From Promethearchaeota archaeon Loki_b31 (GTDB lineage: Archaea > Asgardarchaeota > Lokiarchaeia > Sigyniarchaeales > SOKP01): a DNA stretch of 64,000 nt. A program made the translations under genes and the position numbers. The stretch is from assembly GCA_005222975.1 (NCBI GenBank), contig NJBI01000005.1:63447-127446 (forward strand), read 5' to 3'. Under the pieces are notes generated by a model. The model searched no databases and was not told where the DNA came from. It was given only the letters and a program-made list of their open reading frames with translations. Positions within the stretch are counted from its first letter, which is position 1, and each line of letters begins with the position of its first letter. Below are positions 50,303-59,989 of this stretch, in pieces.

Positions 50303-52705
50303 TTAATTATTTTTATTATACTTGAAAGTTCCCCCTATTAATTGTCCTACGCTTATTCCCGCGTCCCCAGGTGGCACTATGTTGTGTTCAATGAAACTAA
50401 ATCCTCCTTTAATGATTCGTTCTTTTATCGCCTTTGAAAAAGCACTGTTATAAGCAACCCCCCCAGTTAATCCTATTGTTTCTATACCATTTTCTTTGGC
50501 AATTTTAATCGCAACTTTCGCAAATACTATTCCAATTTCTTTTTGAAATTTTACGGCAATATCTTGTCTTTTGGAATCTTTAATTTCTAGTAAATTTATT
50601 ACATCTAATATTAAATTTGAAGTATTAATAATATAACTTCCATTTTTCTTCGAATATGTAATGTCTAAATTAATCTTATCTGGATTTCCTTTCGACGCCA
50701 AACCCTCCAGTCTCATTGCAGGTTCTCCTCTATAACTTTTTAAATTCGATGCTCCTAAAATATGTGATATAACGTCAAAAATCCTACCGGTGGAACTTGT
50801 TAATGGGATGTTTTCGTTAGGAAATTGATAATCGGCGCGCTCAAATTGAGAAATAATTGTTTTCAATTCTGTGTTCTTATATTCCAAATCGTTTTCTAAG
50901 GAAATCTGTTTGAATAATTTTACTGATTTTTCAACACCGAGAGCGTTAAGGATGATGGAAGCCGTCATTCTAGCGGGATATTTAGTACATCGATCTCCTC
51001 CAATCATAGGTTGATTTTCTAAATGACCGAGACGTGTATAATCTTGATAAGAACATAGTAAAATCTCACCGCCCCAAATATTCCCACCTTCGCCGTAACC
51101 AACTCCATCTGTGCATATGCCAACGATCTTTTCGTCTAATGCAACTTTATTTTCCGCCATTAAACTTAAAGCGTGAGCGTAATGGTGTTGGATACCATAT
51201 AAATTAACCTTTAATAATTCAGATAACTCCTCTGCTAATCTTGTCGTGACAAAAGCTGGATGAGCGTCACAAGCGATAAATTTAATTTCAGAATCTTTTA
51301 TTTGAAGCAATTTTTTCATATGATGAAGCGCATTTTTTAAAAAATCGTATGTTTCAAGGTGCGTTACATTTCCAATATGTTGAGTCGGAAATATTCGACT
51401 TCTTCGTAATATGGCACCTGTCACTGCTAATTCTGGGCCTGTAGCTATAGCGCTTGGGATGTTAACTTCAAAAGTTAATGGTAAATATTCTGGTACATAA
51501 CCTCGCGACCTTCTAATCAGCTTCACCTTATTGTTATGAACCCTTAATACACTATCGTCTGCTCTTTGGTATATGGGTCTATTATGAAGCAGAAAGAAAT
51601 CGGCTAAATTGTTGAGTTGATCAATTATCTTTTCGTTTTCTATTGCCATAGGAATATTCGATTTGTTCCCACTTGTATAAACTAATGGCTGTTTTCCAAT
51701 ATGGTCAAAAAGTAAATGATGAATACCTGAATATGGAAGCATAATCCCTATGTTGTTTAAACCGGGCGCCACGAATTCGCTAATGTCAGATTTATCGAAG
51801 TTTTTATTTTTCTCTAAAACCACAATTGGTCTACGAAAAGATGTAAGAAGCTCTCTTTCTTTATTTGAAATCTTTAGGTAATCTTCAAGAATATTCATGT
51901 TTGGAACCATTAAAGCAAATGGTTTATACTTACGTTTGCCTTTCCTTCTGCGTAGTTTTAAAATTGTTTTGTCATCGTTAGCAAGGCAAACCAAATGGAC
52001 TCCACCTATTCCCTTAATTGCCGCAACTTCTCCTTGTTTTATCCTTTTTGTAGTTATCTTTAATATCTCGTCAATCGAATCTGTTTTAATAGATTTTTTT
52101 CCTTTATCGTAAAGCTGATAATTAGGACCGCAAACGGAACAAGCAAATGTTTGAGCGTGAAATCTCCTATTTTGAAAGTCAGAATATTCTGCCATACACG
52201 ATTCTGGTTTTGCATTTTTACAGAAAGGAAAATTTATCATTGTGCTCCTTTCTCTATCGTAAGGTAGTTCTCTTACTGTCGTAAATCTTGGTCCACAAAC
52301 CGCACAAGCAATAAAGGGATAATTGTAATACTTTTGTAGATCTGGATTTCGCATGTCTCTTATACAATTTTCACAAATTGCAATATCAGGTGGTAAAGTC
52401 AAGCTTATACCCCTCCCCTCTTCGCTTTTTCCTATAGTTAAACTAGAATATATCTTATCAGATTCAGCTTTAATAACTTTTATACTCTCAATAAAAGCTA
52501 TCTTTGGTTTAGTTTTCTCTATTTCCCCCAAAAATGCTTCAAGATTCTCCTCTTCACCTTGTAAGGTTAATCTAACTCCAGCATTGCCTCTATTTACTAT
52601 TTGACCTTTTAAGTCAAGTTTTCGAGCCAAATTGTAAAGGAAGGGTCGAAATCCCACTCCTTGAACTATTCCTGTGATCTCTACATTATAATTAATTTGC
52701 TTCAA
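50303..52705 (-). CDS. hypF: [NiFe]-hydrogenase maturation carbamoyltransferase
   Basis: GIVQGVGFRPF, zinc fingers, KGIGG, QHH.AH, PPGDAGISVGQ. Confidence 0.96.
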   Translation of the reverse strand: MKQINYNVEITGIVQGVGFRPFLYNLARKLDLKGQIVNRGNAGVRLTLQGEEENLEAFLGEIEKTKPKIAFIESIKVIKAESDKIYSSLTIGKSEEGRGISLTLPPDIAICENCIRDMRNPDLQKYYNYPFIACAVCGPRFTTVRELPYDRERSTMINFPFCKNAKPESCMAEYSDFQNRRFHAQTFACSVCGPNYQLYDKGKKSIKTDSIDEILKITTKRIKQGEVAAIKGIGGVHLVCLANDDKTILKLRRRKGKRKYKPFALMVPNMNILEDYLKISNKERELLTSFRRPIVVLEKNKNFDKSDISEFVAPGLNNIGIMLPYSGIHHLLFDHIGKQPLVYTSGNKSNIPMAIENEKIIDQLNNLADFFLLHNRPIYQRADDSVLRVHNNKVKLIRRSRGYVPEYLPLTFEVNIPSAIATGPELAVTGAILRRSRIFPTQHIGNVTHLETYDFLKNALHHMKKLLQIKDSEIKFIACDAHPAFVTTRLAEELSELLKVNLYGIQHHYAHALSLMAENKVALDEKIVGICTDGVGYGEGGNIWGGEILLCSYQDYTRLGHLENQPMIGGDRCTKYPARMTASIILNALGVEKSVKLFKQISLENDLEYKNTELKTIISQFERADYQFPNENIPLTSSTGRIFDVISHILGASNLKSYRGEPAMRLEGLASKGNPDKINLDITYSKKNGSYIINTSNLILDVINLLEIKDSKRQDIAVKFQKEIGIVFAKVAIKIAKENGIETIGLTGGVAYNSAFSKAIKERIIKGGFSFIEHNIVPPGDAGISVGQLIGGTFKYNKNN

Positions 52706-52844
52706 ATGTCGACTCTCATTATCATTCTACAAATTAAACTTAATATATTAAAGAATCCTTAAAAGATAAAATTAATAATTTATTAGAATAAGAAATATAG
52801 AACAAATATGTAATCTCTAAGTAACTACACTTTTTTAATTTATT

Positions 52845-53717
52845 ATGACAAATAACGATTTAAGATGGGACATACCTTATCATCGAGCTTTTTTTAAAAC
52901 CAGTCATAATTCTTTCAACATTTCTGTTCGAAAACAACTCAATCACGGTGTTAGAGGGCTTGAATATGACATACACGATGACAGGATTCAAGAAGTTGGC
53001 GATTTTGAAGTATATCACCTGCCCAAACATGTTGATGTTGCAATTAATGCAGATGGAAATCCAGGAGATCTATTGTTATCGAGCTGGCTCACTTTATTGA
53101 AGGACTGGTCTGATGACCAGAATAATGAACATGCTCCAATCACGCTTTTTATTGAATTGAAAGATTGTATTGTTGACGCGAATAATAATCCGAGCGAATT
53201 ATATGGAATTAAAAGGTTAAATAAGGTGATTCTTGATACTTTATCACCTAAGTACTTATATTCCCATAGTGATTTTAGGAAAAACGAATACGAATGGCCA
53301 ACAGTAGGAGAATTAAAAGGACTTGTAATTATTGTATTAACCAGTTATTGGGGCGGTTACTGGGCTTCCAGTGAAGGTGGGTTCGAGTCTCGTTTACAAT
53401 ATTTAAACAATTGTTTGAAGGGTGAGGATGACATTTGCTTCGTATCTTGGATCGAAGAAGATCGTGGAAAACAGAAACTGTTTATGAAAGAAAAAGCAAC
53501 TTTTTGGAAATGCAGCATAGAATATAGCACCAAACATTATGAAGAGAATGTGCAATTACAAAGATCCACAAGAGTCGATTTCGATAAAATACATTGGGGT
53601 CGCCATGTGAAAACTTATTATGAGAAAAATTATGAAAGTGGATTTAGAGCCAACTTTTTTGCTACAGATTCATGGGCAGAGGAAAAATATGATAAAGCTT
53701 TTCCATGGTCAATTTAA
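52845..53717 (+). CDS. PLC-like phosphodiesterase (PI-PLC X-domain-like)
   Basis: TSHNS, QL..GVRGLEYDIH, VYH, PITLFIELKD, WPTVGELKG. Confidence 0.8.
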   Translation: MTNNDLRWDIPYHRAFFKTSHNSFNISVRKQLNHGVRGLEYDIHDDRIQEVGDFEVYHLPKHVDVAINADGNPGDLLLSSWLTLLKDWSDDQNNEHAPITLFIELKDCIVDANNNPSELYGIKRLNKVILDTLSPKYLYSHSDFRKNEYEWPTVGELKGLVIIVLTSYWGGYWASSEGGFESRLQYLNNCLKGEDDICFVSWIEEDRGKQKLFMKEKATFWKCSIEYSTKHYEENVQLQRSTRVDFDKIHWGRHVKTYYEKNYESGFRANFFATDSWAEEKYDKAFPWSI

Positions 53718-53718
53718 G

Positions 53719-54810
53719 CTATCTATGATAATTATAAAATATCGCGCATGTACCCTCTTGAGAAACCATACATGGTCCAATAGGATTGAGTGGAGTACAC
53801 ATTTCGCCAAAAAGCTCGCATTCGTTTGGATATAGCTTACCTACCATTATTAGATGGCATGAACATCCCGGTGGAATATCTTGCGACTTTTCAATTTTAA
53901 TATCGAATTTTTTATCAGCATCAAATTCTTCGTACTTGTCTCGTATTGCTAATCCCCCATCAAGAATTCTTCCAATCCCTCTCCAAGGGGAGGACACGGA
54001 ATCAAAAACTTCTGAGATAACATTTTGAGCGATTTTATTTCCTTCTGGTTTTACTACTCTCGAATATTCGTTTAAAGTTTCGAACTTTTTGTTCTTAATT
54101 TGTTGGAGTAGCATTAAAATACCTAATAAAACGTCGTTAGGCTCAAACCCGGCGATTACATTTGGCACTTTATAAGCGTCTGAAAATATTTTAAACGGCT
54201 TTAAACCAATTATAGTAGATACATGCCCTGGAGAAATAAAACCATCAATTCTTAGTTGTGATTGACTTATTAATAGTTCCAACGCTGCGGGAATGAGCTT
54301 ATGAGCACAAATTACCGAAAAATTAGAGGGGGGCCCGCTTTTTATTTCGTAACCGATTAAGGGGGCTGTAGTTTCAAAACCAATCGCAAAAAAAATTACT
54401 TCTTTATCGGGATTATCTCTCGCAATTTCGACCGCATCGTGAGGGCCATAAACGATTCTTACATCTGCTCCCATTGCTTTTAATTCTGCTAAGGAAAGGT
54501 TGGTTGCTGGTACACGTATCATATCCCCAAAAGTAGTTATTATGGTGTCGTCTCGTTTCCCAAGCTCAATTGCTTTGTCGATATCTGCAGCGGGACATAC
54601 ACAGACAGGGCACCCCGGACCTGAGAGGATTTCAATCTCTTTAGGTAACAACGGTCTTAGCCCATACTTCGAAAGAGTGTGTTCATGAGTGCCACACACG
54701 TGCATAAACTTAATTGGTTTTTTTATTTCTTTTACTATTCTATTTATTGATTTAATAATTTTTTCGGTGAATTCCTTACTTTTAAGTATTTTTGCTCCAG
54801 GAATATTCAT
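53719..54810 (-). CDS. hypD: Hydrogenase maturation protein HypD
   Basis: HVCGTHE, GPGCPVC, GFETT, PGHVS, GPCMVS.EG.C. Confidence 0.96.
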   Translation of the reverse strand: MNIPGAKILKSKEFTEKIIKSINRIVKEIKKPIKFMHVCGTHEHTLSKYGLRPLLPKEIEILSGPGCPVCVCPAADIDKAIELGKRDDTIITTFGDMIRVPATNLSLAELKAMGADVRIVYGPHDAVEIARDNPDKEVIFFAIGFETTAPLIGYEIKSGPPSNFSVICAHKLIPAALELLISQSQLRIDGFISPGHVSTIIGLKPFKIFSDAYKVPNVIAGFEPNDVLLGILMLLQQIKNKKFETLNEYSRVVKPEGNKIAQNVISEVFDSVSSPWRGIGRILDGGLAIRDKYEEFDADKKFDIKIEKSQDIPPGCSCHLIMVGKLYPNECELFGEMCTPLNPIGPCMVSQEGTCAIFYNYHR

Positions 54811-54948
54811 AATATTATCTAGATAAGATTTATTGAAACTTAAGCAAATTATAATAATGTAAATTATCTTTATATATAGTAGAAGTTATTTAAGATAATT
54901 TATCTCTATAATTAAAATATATTCAATTTAAATTAGAAGTGATACAAA

Positions 54949-55248
54949 TTGAAAAGTGAGTTACAATTAAAAGAAGAGATTAAAGAAAAAATAATTTCTA
55001 TTCTTGTAAAGCATGGTATTAAAAGGATTTTAGTCTTTGGATCCTATGCTCGCAATGAGGCAACTCCAAAAAGTGATTTAGATTTAATTGTAGATTTCCC
55101 TGAGGGAACCAGTTTGTTAGATCATGTTGGTATAGAAATTGAGTTATCTGAAGCTTTAAATATGAAGATTGATCTATTATCTCGAAATGGAATTAGCCCT
55201 TACATTAAAGATCATGTATTAAAAGAAGCCATTGTGATTTATGAATGA
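54949..55248 (+). CDS. Minimal nucleotidyltransferase (MNT) antitoxin
   Basis: FGSYARNEATPKSDLDL (GSx10DxD). Confidence 0.9.
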   Translation: MKSELQLKEEIKEKIISILVKHGIKRILVFGSYARNEATPKSDLDLIVDFPEGTSLLDHVGIEIELSEALNMKIDLLSRNGISPYIKDHVLKEAIVIYE

Positions 55249-55604
55249 ATGGTAAAAGGAACCTCTTTTTAAGTCATATACTTGATTCATGTAAAAATAT
55301 TATAGAATTTACAAAGGATATCGATTTTAAAACTTTTATAAACAAACGCTTGATTCAAAGTGCTGTAATAAGAGAACTTGAAATAATTGGAGAAGCTACA
55401 AAGAACATTTCTGTAGATATAAGAAAATATTCCAAAGATATACCTTGGAAAAAATTAGCTGGAATGAGAGATAAATTAAGTCATAGATATTTTACAGTTG
55501 ATCTTGAGGAAGTATGGAATACATCAAAAAATGATATTCAAATACTAAAAAAAAGGATTGAAAAAATAATTAATTATTTAGAACTGGAAGAAAAAAAAGA
55601 TTAA
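55245..55604 (+). CDS. HEPN (DUF86) ribonuclease toxin
   Basis: LEIIGEA, IPW, RDKLSHRY (Rx4HxY); ATGA overlap with MNT gene. Confidence 0.9.
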   Translation: MNGKRNLFLSHILDSCKNIIEFTKDIDFKTFINKRLIQSAVIRELEIIGEATKNISVDIRKYSKDIPWKKLAGMRDKLSHRYFTVDLEEVWNTSKNDIQILKKRIEKIINYLELEEKKD

Positions 55605-56653
55605 CAAATTCTAGGGATTGGTTCCCCTAAAGGCATATCTACAAACCTAGTGCCTCCAACTATCGTCTTTAATAAAACTCTTTTTGGATTGTCTGCTTTA
55701 ACTTCTCCAATTAAAGCGGCATCTTTTCCAATTGCAGTTGATTTTATTTTACTTAATATCTCCTCCGCTTTATTAGGAGCGACTGACATAAGAGCTCGAC
55801 CCTCGCAAGCTATAGTATAAGGGTCTAAACCTAACATCTCACAAATCGCATTAACTTGCTTTTTAATTGGAATCTTGTCTTCTTCTAAAACAATACTTAT
55901 ATCTGATTTATTTGCCCAATTGTTCAGTGCTCCAGCTATCCCCCCTCTCGTTGGATCCTTCATGGCGTGAATATAATTATTACTAATATCTTGTTTAAGA
56001 ACGTTATAAATTTCGAGTAATAACCCGACATCTGATTCCAAATCGCTTGATATATTCAACCCTTCACGACTACCGATTAATGCTGTCCCATGATCCCCTA
56101 TACTTCCAGTTACGATAATTTTATCACCGGGTTTTAAGTTACTATCTAAAACTTTTATATTTTTATCTTTAATTCCAATCCCGGTAGTTGCCATTATCAT
56201 TTCGTTCAGAGTTCCCTTAGGCATTATCTTAGTATCCCCAGCTATAATCGCAATGTTTGCTTCTTTTGAAGTAAAATTAAACGAATTTACTATTTTTTCC
56301 AACTTGTCAAATTTAAAACCTTCTTCAATGATTAAAATTGAAGTTAACGCTATTGGTTGAGCACCCATCATTATTAAATCGTTCACGGTACCGCAAACGC
56401 TTAGTTTACCCAAATTTCCCCCTGGAAAAAATAATGGATAAACAGTATGTCCGTCGGCAGTAATCACAATTTCACGCTCGTACTCTTCTAAGGGGATCGT
56501 GGCTCCATCGTCCAACTCTGCAACGCCTATTCCTTTATTAATGTTTTTATAAGTAATATTTTTCACAATAAAATTGATAAGTTCTTCTTGTAATACTCCA
56601 CCAGCTCCATGGGCTAACCTAATAAGATCTGAGCTCACTTTTTTCGTACTCAT
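55601..56653 (-). CDS. hypE: Hydrogenase maturation protein HypE
   Basis: LAHGAGG, GTVND, GDTK, DPTRGG, C-terminal PRIC. Confidence 0.96.
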   Translation of the reverse strand: MSTKKVSSDLIRLAHGAGGVLQEELINFIVKNITYKNINKGIGVAELDDGATIPLEEYEREIVITADGHTVYPLFFPGGNLGKLSVCGTVNDLIMMGAQPIALTSILIIEEGFKFDKLEKIVNSFNFTSKEANIAIIAGDTKIMPKGTLNEMIMATTGIGIKDKNIKVLDSNLKPGDKIIVTGSIGDHGTALIGSREGLNISSDLESDVGLLLEIYNVLKQDISNNYIHAMKDPTRGGIAGALNNWANKSDISIVLEEDKIPIKKQVNAICEMLGLDPYTIACEGRALMSVAPNKAEEILSKIKSTAIGKDAALIGEVKADNPKRVLLKTIVGGTRFVDMPLGEPIPRIC

Positions 56654-56869
56654 AATTGAAAATACGAAGTAAAAATTATAAGAATTTAGGTTTTAACTAA
56701 TAATTCTGAAAAATTACATCTATATAATAGAATATAAAAGATTGAATTCTGAAAATTGATAAGTTTATTATATGAATAGCCTTGATTCGTAAATCAATTA
56801 ATTTTATCAAATAGAAAAAAAAAAAAATAAAAACGTTAATTAAATCTCCTAAATTTCCTCTACTACATA

Positions 56870-57169
56870 TTACATATTGATAATGGTATCGTTCGCAAAA
56901 ATTAAATCGACTACTTCATCGTAAGCAATTAATTTAATTTTATCAGAAATGAAGTTTTTAATTCCACGTACTTCTATGTCTTCTTTATTTGCAGCAATAG
57001 TTAAATTTTTATCAAGAGCCTTTGAAACCATTTTATTAGTTTTGTTTGCAAAATAGACAGCGTTTTGAAGTAAAAGAATTGTTACTGCGTCCTCTTCAGT
57101 ATGTTCTGAAGCGAGCTCTACACCAGCAATATCTTCACTTGTAATAAAATACAACACTTTTTTACCCAT
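56870..57169 (-). CDS. dsrH: DsrH/TusB-like sulfur relay protein
   Basis: LLLQNAVY, EDIEVRGI; third gene of the dsrEFH-like trio. Confidence 0.8.
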   Translation of the reverse strand: MGKKVLYFITSEDIAGVELASEHTEEDAVTILLLQNAVYFANKTNKMVSKALDKNLTIAANKEDIEVRGIKNFISDKIKLIAYDEVVDLIFANDTIINM

Positions 57170-57184
57170 CTTTTTTCAATCCTC

Positions 57185-57529
57185 CTAAAATGGTATGGTT
57201 ACGGTTGAATCCGCAATCATTTTTAATATTTCTCCATGTTCTTTGATTTCTACAGCGTCTATAAGGTCGTCCTTTGTAAGACCAAGCTCATCAAGCGATT
57301 TTTTATCTACAAAAATATCTAAATCGATATTTTTAATGAACTCGATGTGCATTGAATACATAGTCTTATCGACATCCCTAGTAAAGGCATATACAGCGTC
57401 GTTAATTGCAATAGTAATTGGATCAAAGTCAGCACTAACAGCAACCGTCATTCTCAATCCTTCGACAGGATAAAGCGTTCCATGAGGTGGTTGCCGTAAA
57501 AGGATAACTACATTTTTCTCTTCTGACAT
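57185..57529 (-). CDS. dsrF: DsrF/TusC-like sulfur relay protein
   Basis: LRQPPHGT..PVEGLR, DAVY, VDKKSL.ELGL. Confidence 0.8.
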   Translation of the reverse strand: MSEEKNVVILLRQPPHGTLYPVEGLRMTVAVSADFDPITIAINDAVYAFTRDVDKTMYSMHIEFIKNIDLDIFVDKKSLDELGLTKDDLIDAVEIKEHGEILKMIADSTVTIPF

Positions 57530-57540
57530 TTTTTATCACC

Positions 57541-57894
57541 TTAACAAATTACTATAAGTTTATCTGTTTCGTCTATAATCTTCGCGAGATCAGGTGTTCC
57601 TGCTCGTTTCACGTCGCCACATTCCTTTGTCAAACAGTTTTTCATAGTACCTCTGACTAAAAGACATAGATTACATAATCTGACGGTGGCTCCTTTATTT
57701 AATATCTCTCTAAACCCTTCTTCGATGTTAAAGATACCTTCAATTTTCTTCTGCTTATCTAAGACAGCGTTAACGGCGTCCATATAGCAAAAGATTCCCT
57801 CGTCGTACCTCATCCATGGCTCGGAGACTTTGCTATGGGGATGAACTTCGACGCCAGATTCTTGTACCCAGAATACTAACGATTTATTTTTCAT
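57541..57894 (-). CDS. dsrE: DsrE/TusD-like sulfur relay protein with an aberrant segment (aa 14-32)
   Basis: IFCYMDAV, LCNLCLLVRG; the usual PYG...helix region is replaced by a GC-rich hairpin-encoded peptide. Confidence 0.75.
   Translation of the reverse strand: MKNKSLVFWVQESGVEVHPHSKVSEPWMRYDEGIFCYMDAVNAVLDKQKKIEGIFNIEEGFREILNKGATVRLCNLCLLVRGTMKNCLTKECGDVKRAGTPDLAKIIDETDKLIVIC
57799..57855. mobile_element. 57-nt GC-rich palindromic insert within dsrE (possible IS/MITE scar)
   Basis: 32/57 G+C; CGTCG..CTCATCC-ATGGC..GCTAT-GG-GGATGAA..CGACG; flanked by AGATTC at 57792-97 and 57856-61. Confidence 0.5.
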
Positions 57895-57959
57895 TTTACA
57901 TTTTTATTTTATTTCTATAAATCTTATAAGAGATTACTTTTAAATACAAAAAAGGATAT

Positions 57960-58349
57960 GTGATTAACGTGAAAGATAAAAAAATTATCGCTTACAAAAA
58001 CGAGCGGACCAAAAAAATAGCGTTTAACTTGAGAAGGCTCATCGTAAGGGCAGTTATGGACGAATGGATGAAGTTACTTCGTGAGAAAAAGAATAAGCCT
58101 ATGTTTGAATGTGTTAGAATTGAAAATGTGCGCAGCGATCTATATGGGGCTTTACAAGCTTCGATTTGCGAATGCTCCAGCTGTAGGGATACGGACGATG
58201 ACATGGAGTACAACGCCGCGTTAAGAGAATGGTACTGTACTCAATGCGCTCAAGAATATCGCGATTACTACCATAAAGAGAAAGAGATCTACGGCGACCA
58301 TTACGGGAAGGTTCACGACGACGAAGATTTCTACGAATCATTTTTGTGA
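57960..58349 (+). CDS. Hypothetical Cys-rich protein (CxCxxC...CxxC, acidic tail)
   Basis: 129 aa ORF, GTG start. Confidence 0.6.
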   Translation: MINVKDKKIIAYKNERTKKIAFNLRRLIVRAVMDEWMKLLREKKNKPMFECVRIENVRSDLYGALQASICECSSCRDTDDDMEYNAALREWYCTQCAQEYRDYYHKEKEIYGDHYGKVHDDEDFYESFL

Positions 58350-58564
58350 CCTAAAAAAAAAATTTACGGAACTTTTTTTCGAATTGAATAATAGCAAATT
58401 TGAAAAAAAAGGTCAGATTTCATTCTATAATTAGAATGAAAATTCATAATAAATCTATGCGCTAATTAACTCAAACTAAAAGTGTTCGATATTGAATAAT
58501 CATTCTAAAGCAGAAAAAAAAAGCCAAACTAAAAGCAGAAAAACAGAACTTTTTTTATTAATTC

Positions 58565-58580
58565 GTGATTAAATAATCAC
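58565..58580. promoter_or_regulatory. Inverted repeat GTGATTA-AA-TAATCAC upstream of the mvh operon (candidate operator)
   Basis: Seen directly, 80 nt upstream of the mvhG ATG. Confidence 0.45.
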
Positions 58581-58660
58581 AACTAATATTTTTAGAGTTT
58601 TTTTTAAATAAAAACTAAATAAATTATAAAAATTACATAAAAACTATAAAATGATTAAAA

Positions 58661-59983
58661 ATGGCAGTAAAAGTAAAGGTCGCCTTTCTACAATCGTCTG
58701 ATTGCTGGGGATGTCACCAGAGTTTATTGAACGCCCATCTCGGTCTCCTCAACATTTTGCCCAGTTTAGACATCGTTTATTGGCCAGCTGTCGTTGATTT
58801 CAAGCACGATTCGTTAAAAGCACGACCAGACGGAGATATCCTAGTAGGTTTTGTTGAAGGCAGTATGAGAACTAATGCAGACATAGAAAACGCTAAGTTA
58901 ATGAGAGCAAAATGTCAACTCATTATTGCCTTCGGCTCTTGTGCGTGTTATGGAAACGTTCATGGATTAGCCAATCAATGGGACATTCAAGAAGCAATCA
59001 CTAGGAAGTTTACAGAAGCCGAATCCATTACTAACGAGAATCCTAAGGAACCAAAAGAACATATGCCTGGCTTTGCCAGTAAAATAGTTCCGCTTGACGA
59101 AATTATTAGTGTAGATGTTTTCATGGCGGGATGTCCTCCTAAACCTGAAGCAATATTTTCGGCAGTTGAATTTTTACTTGGACAAAAACCACAGCCTATG
59201 AGTGAAACTGCATTCTGCAACGATTGCTCTTTAAACAACGAGAATTGTCTTTTAGAGAAAGGTACATTATGTTTTGGCCCCATTACGAGTACAGGGTGTA
59301 CATTAAAATGTACTGACGATGGAAATCCATGCGTTGGATGCTTAGGACCTGCAAAATCAGTATCCTCGAGAGTAGGCAAATTAGCACAGATGACAGAGAA
59401 CCTTGAACAAATCAGTTCAGGCGATAAAAAGAATTTATACGAGTTCTTAACGCTTTTCCTTAACATACCACTAATGGCGGGTTTTGATCTTGCTGGAGAT
59501 ATATTACAGCAAGTTAAAAAAACGGGAGAAACTCAAACTCCATTAGCTAATCTCCCAAATGAAACTGAAAATATCGCAACAAAGATTATGGCATTTTTGA
59601 AAAATCATAGAGATTTTACAGAGATTTCTACTGTGTGTGATACTTGTCCACGAAAAATTGGGAGTAAGTCTCAAATGACAAAAGTAAAGCGTGATTACGA
59701 AGGACTTCCTAACATGGATGATTGCTTAATCGAGCAAGGATATCTCTGCGCAGGACCTATAACAAGAGCCGGATGTGGCGGATTGTGTCTAAAAGTCAAT
59801 ACGCCTTGTTCTGGTTGCTATGGCCAAACAGCTTGGAATGTTGACCAAGCCGAACGATATGTCGATATAGTAACGAAAGGTTATAATGTAGCTTTATCAA
59901 AAGAAGAATTGCTTGTCCAGATAAAAGATAAGCTTGGCTTCGCTGAGAAGTTTACATTAGCGACTAATAAAAATTATAGATAA
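58661..59983 (+). CDS. mvhG: Group 3c [NiFe]-hydrogenase small subunit with duplicated C-terminal Fe-S module
   Basis: CWGC, VEGS, GSCAC.G, GCPP, then two copies of CxxC..CL...G.LC.GPIT..GC...C....PC.GC.G. Confidence 0.9.
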   Translation: MAVKVKVAFLQSSDCWGCHQSLLNAHLGLLNILPSLDIVYWPAVVDFKHDSLKARPDGDILVGFVEGSMRTNADIENAKLMRAKCQLIIAFGSCACYGNVHGLANQWDIQEAITRKFTEAESITNENPKEPKEHMPGFASKIVPLDEIISVDVFMAGCPPKPEAIFSAVEFLLGQKPQPMSETAFCNDCSLNNENCLLEKGTLCFGPITSTGCTLKCTDDGNPCVGCLGPAKSVSSRVGKLAQMTENLEQISSGDKKNLYEFLTLFLNIPLMAGFDLAGDILQQVKKTGETQTPLANLPNETENIATKIMAFLKNHRDFTEISTVCDTCPRKIGSKSQMTKVKRDYEGLPNMDDCLIEQGYLCAGPITRAGCGGLCLKVNTPCSGCYGQTAWNVDQAERYVDIVTKGYNVALSKEELLVQIKDKLGFAEKFTLATNKNYR

Positions 59984-59989
59984 TAATAG

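Noticed and set aside
58563-58582. Rex operator upstream of mvhG
   Set aside because: Half-site spacing is 2 bp longer than the TTGTGAA-N4-TTCACAA consensus and no rex gene is seen; kept only as a generic palindrome
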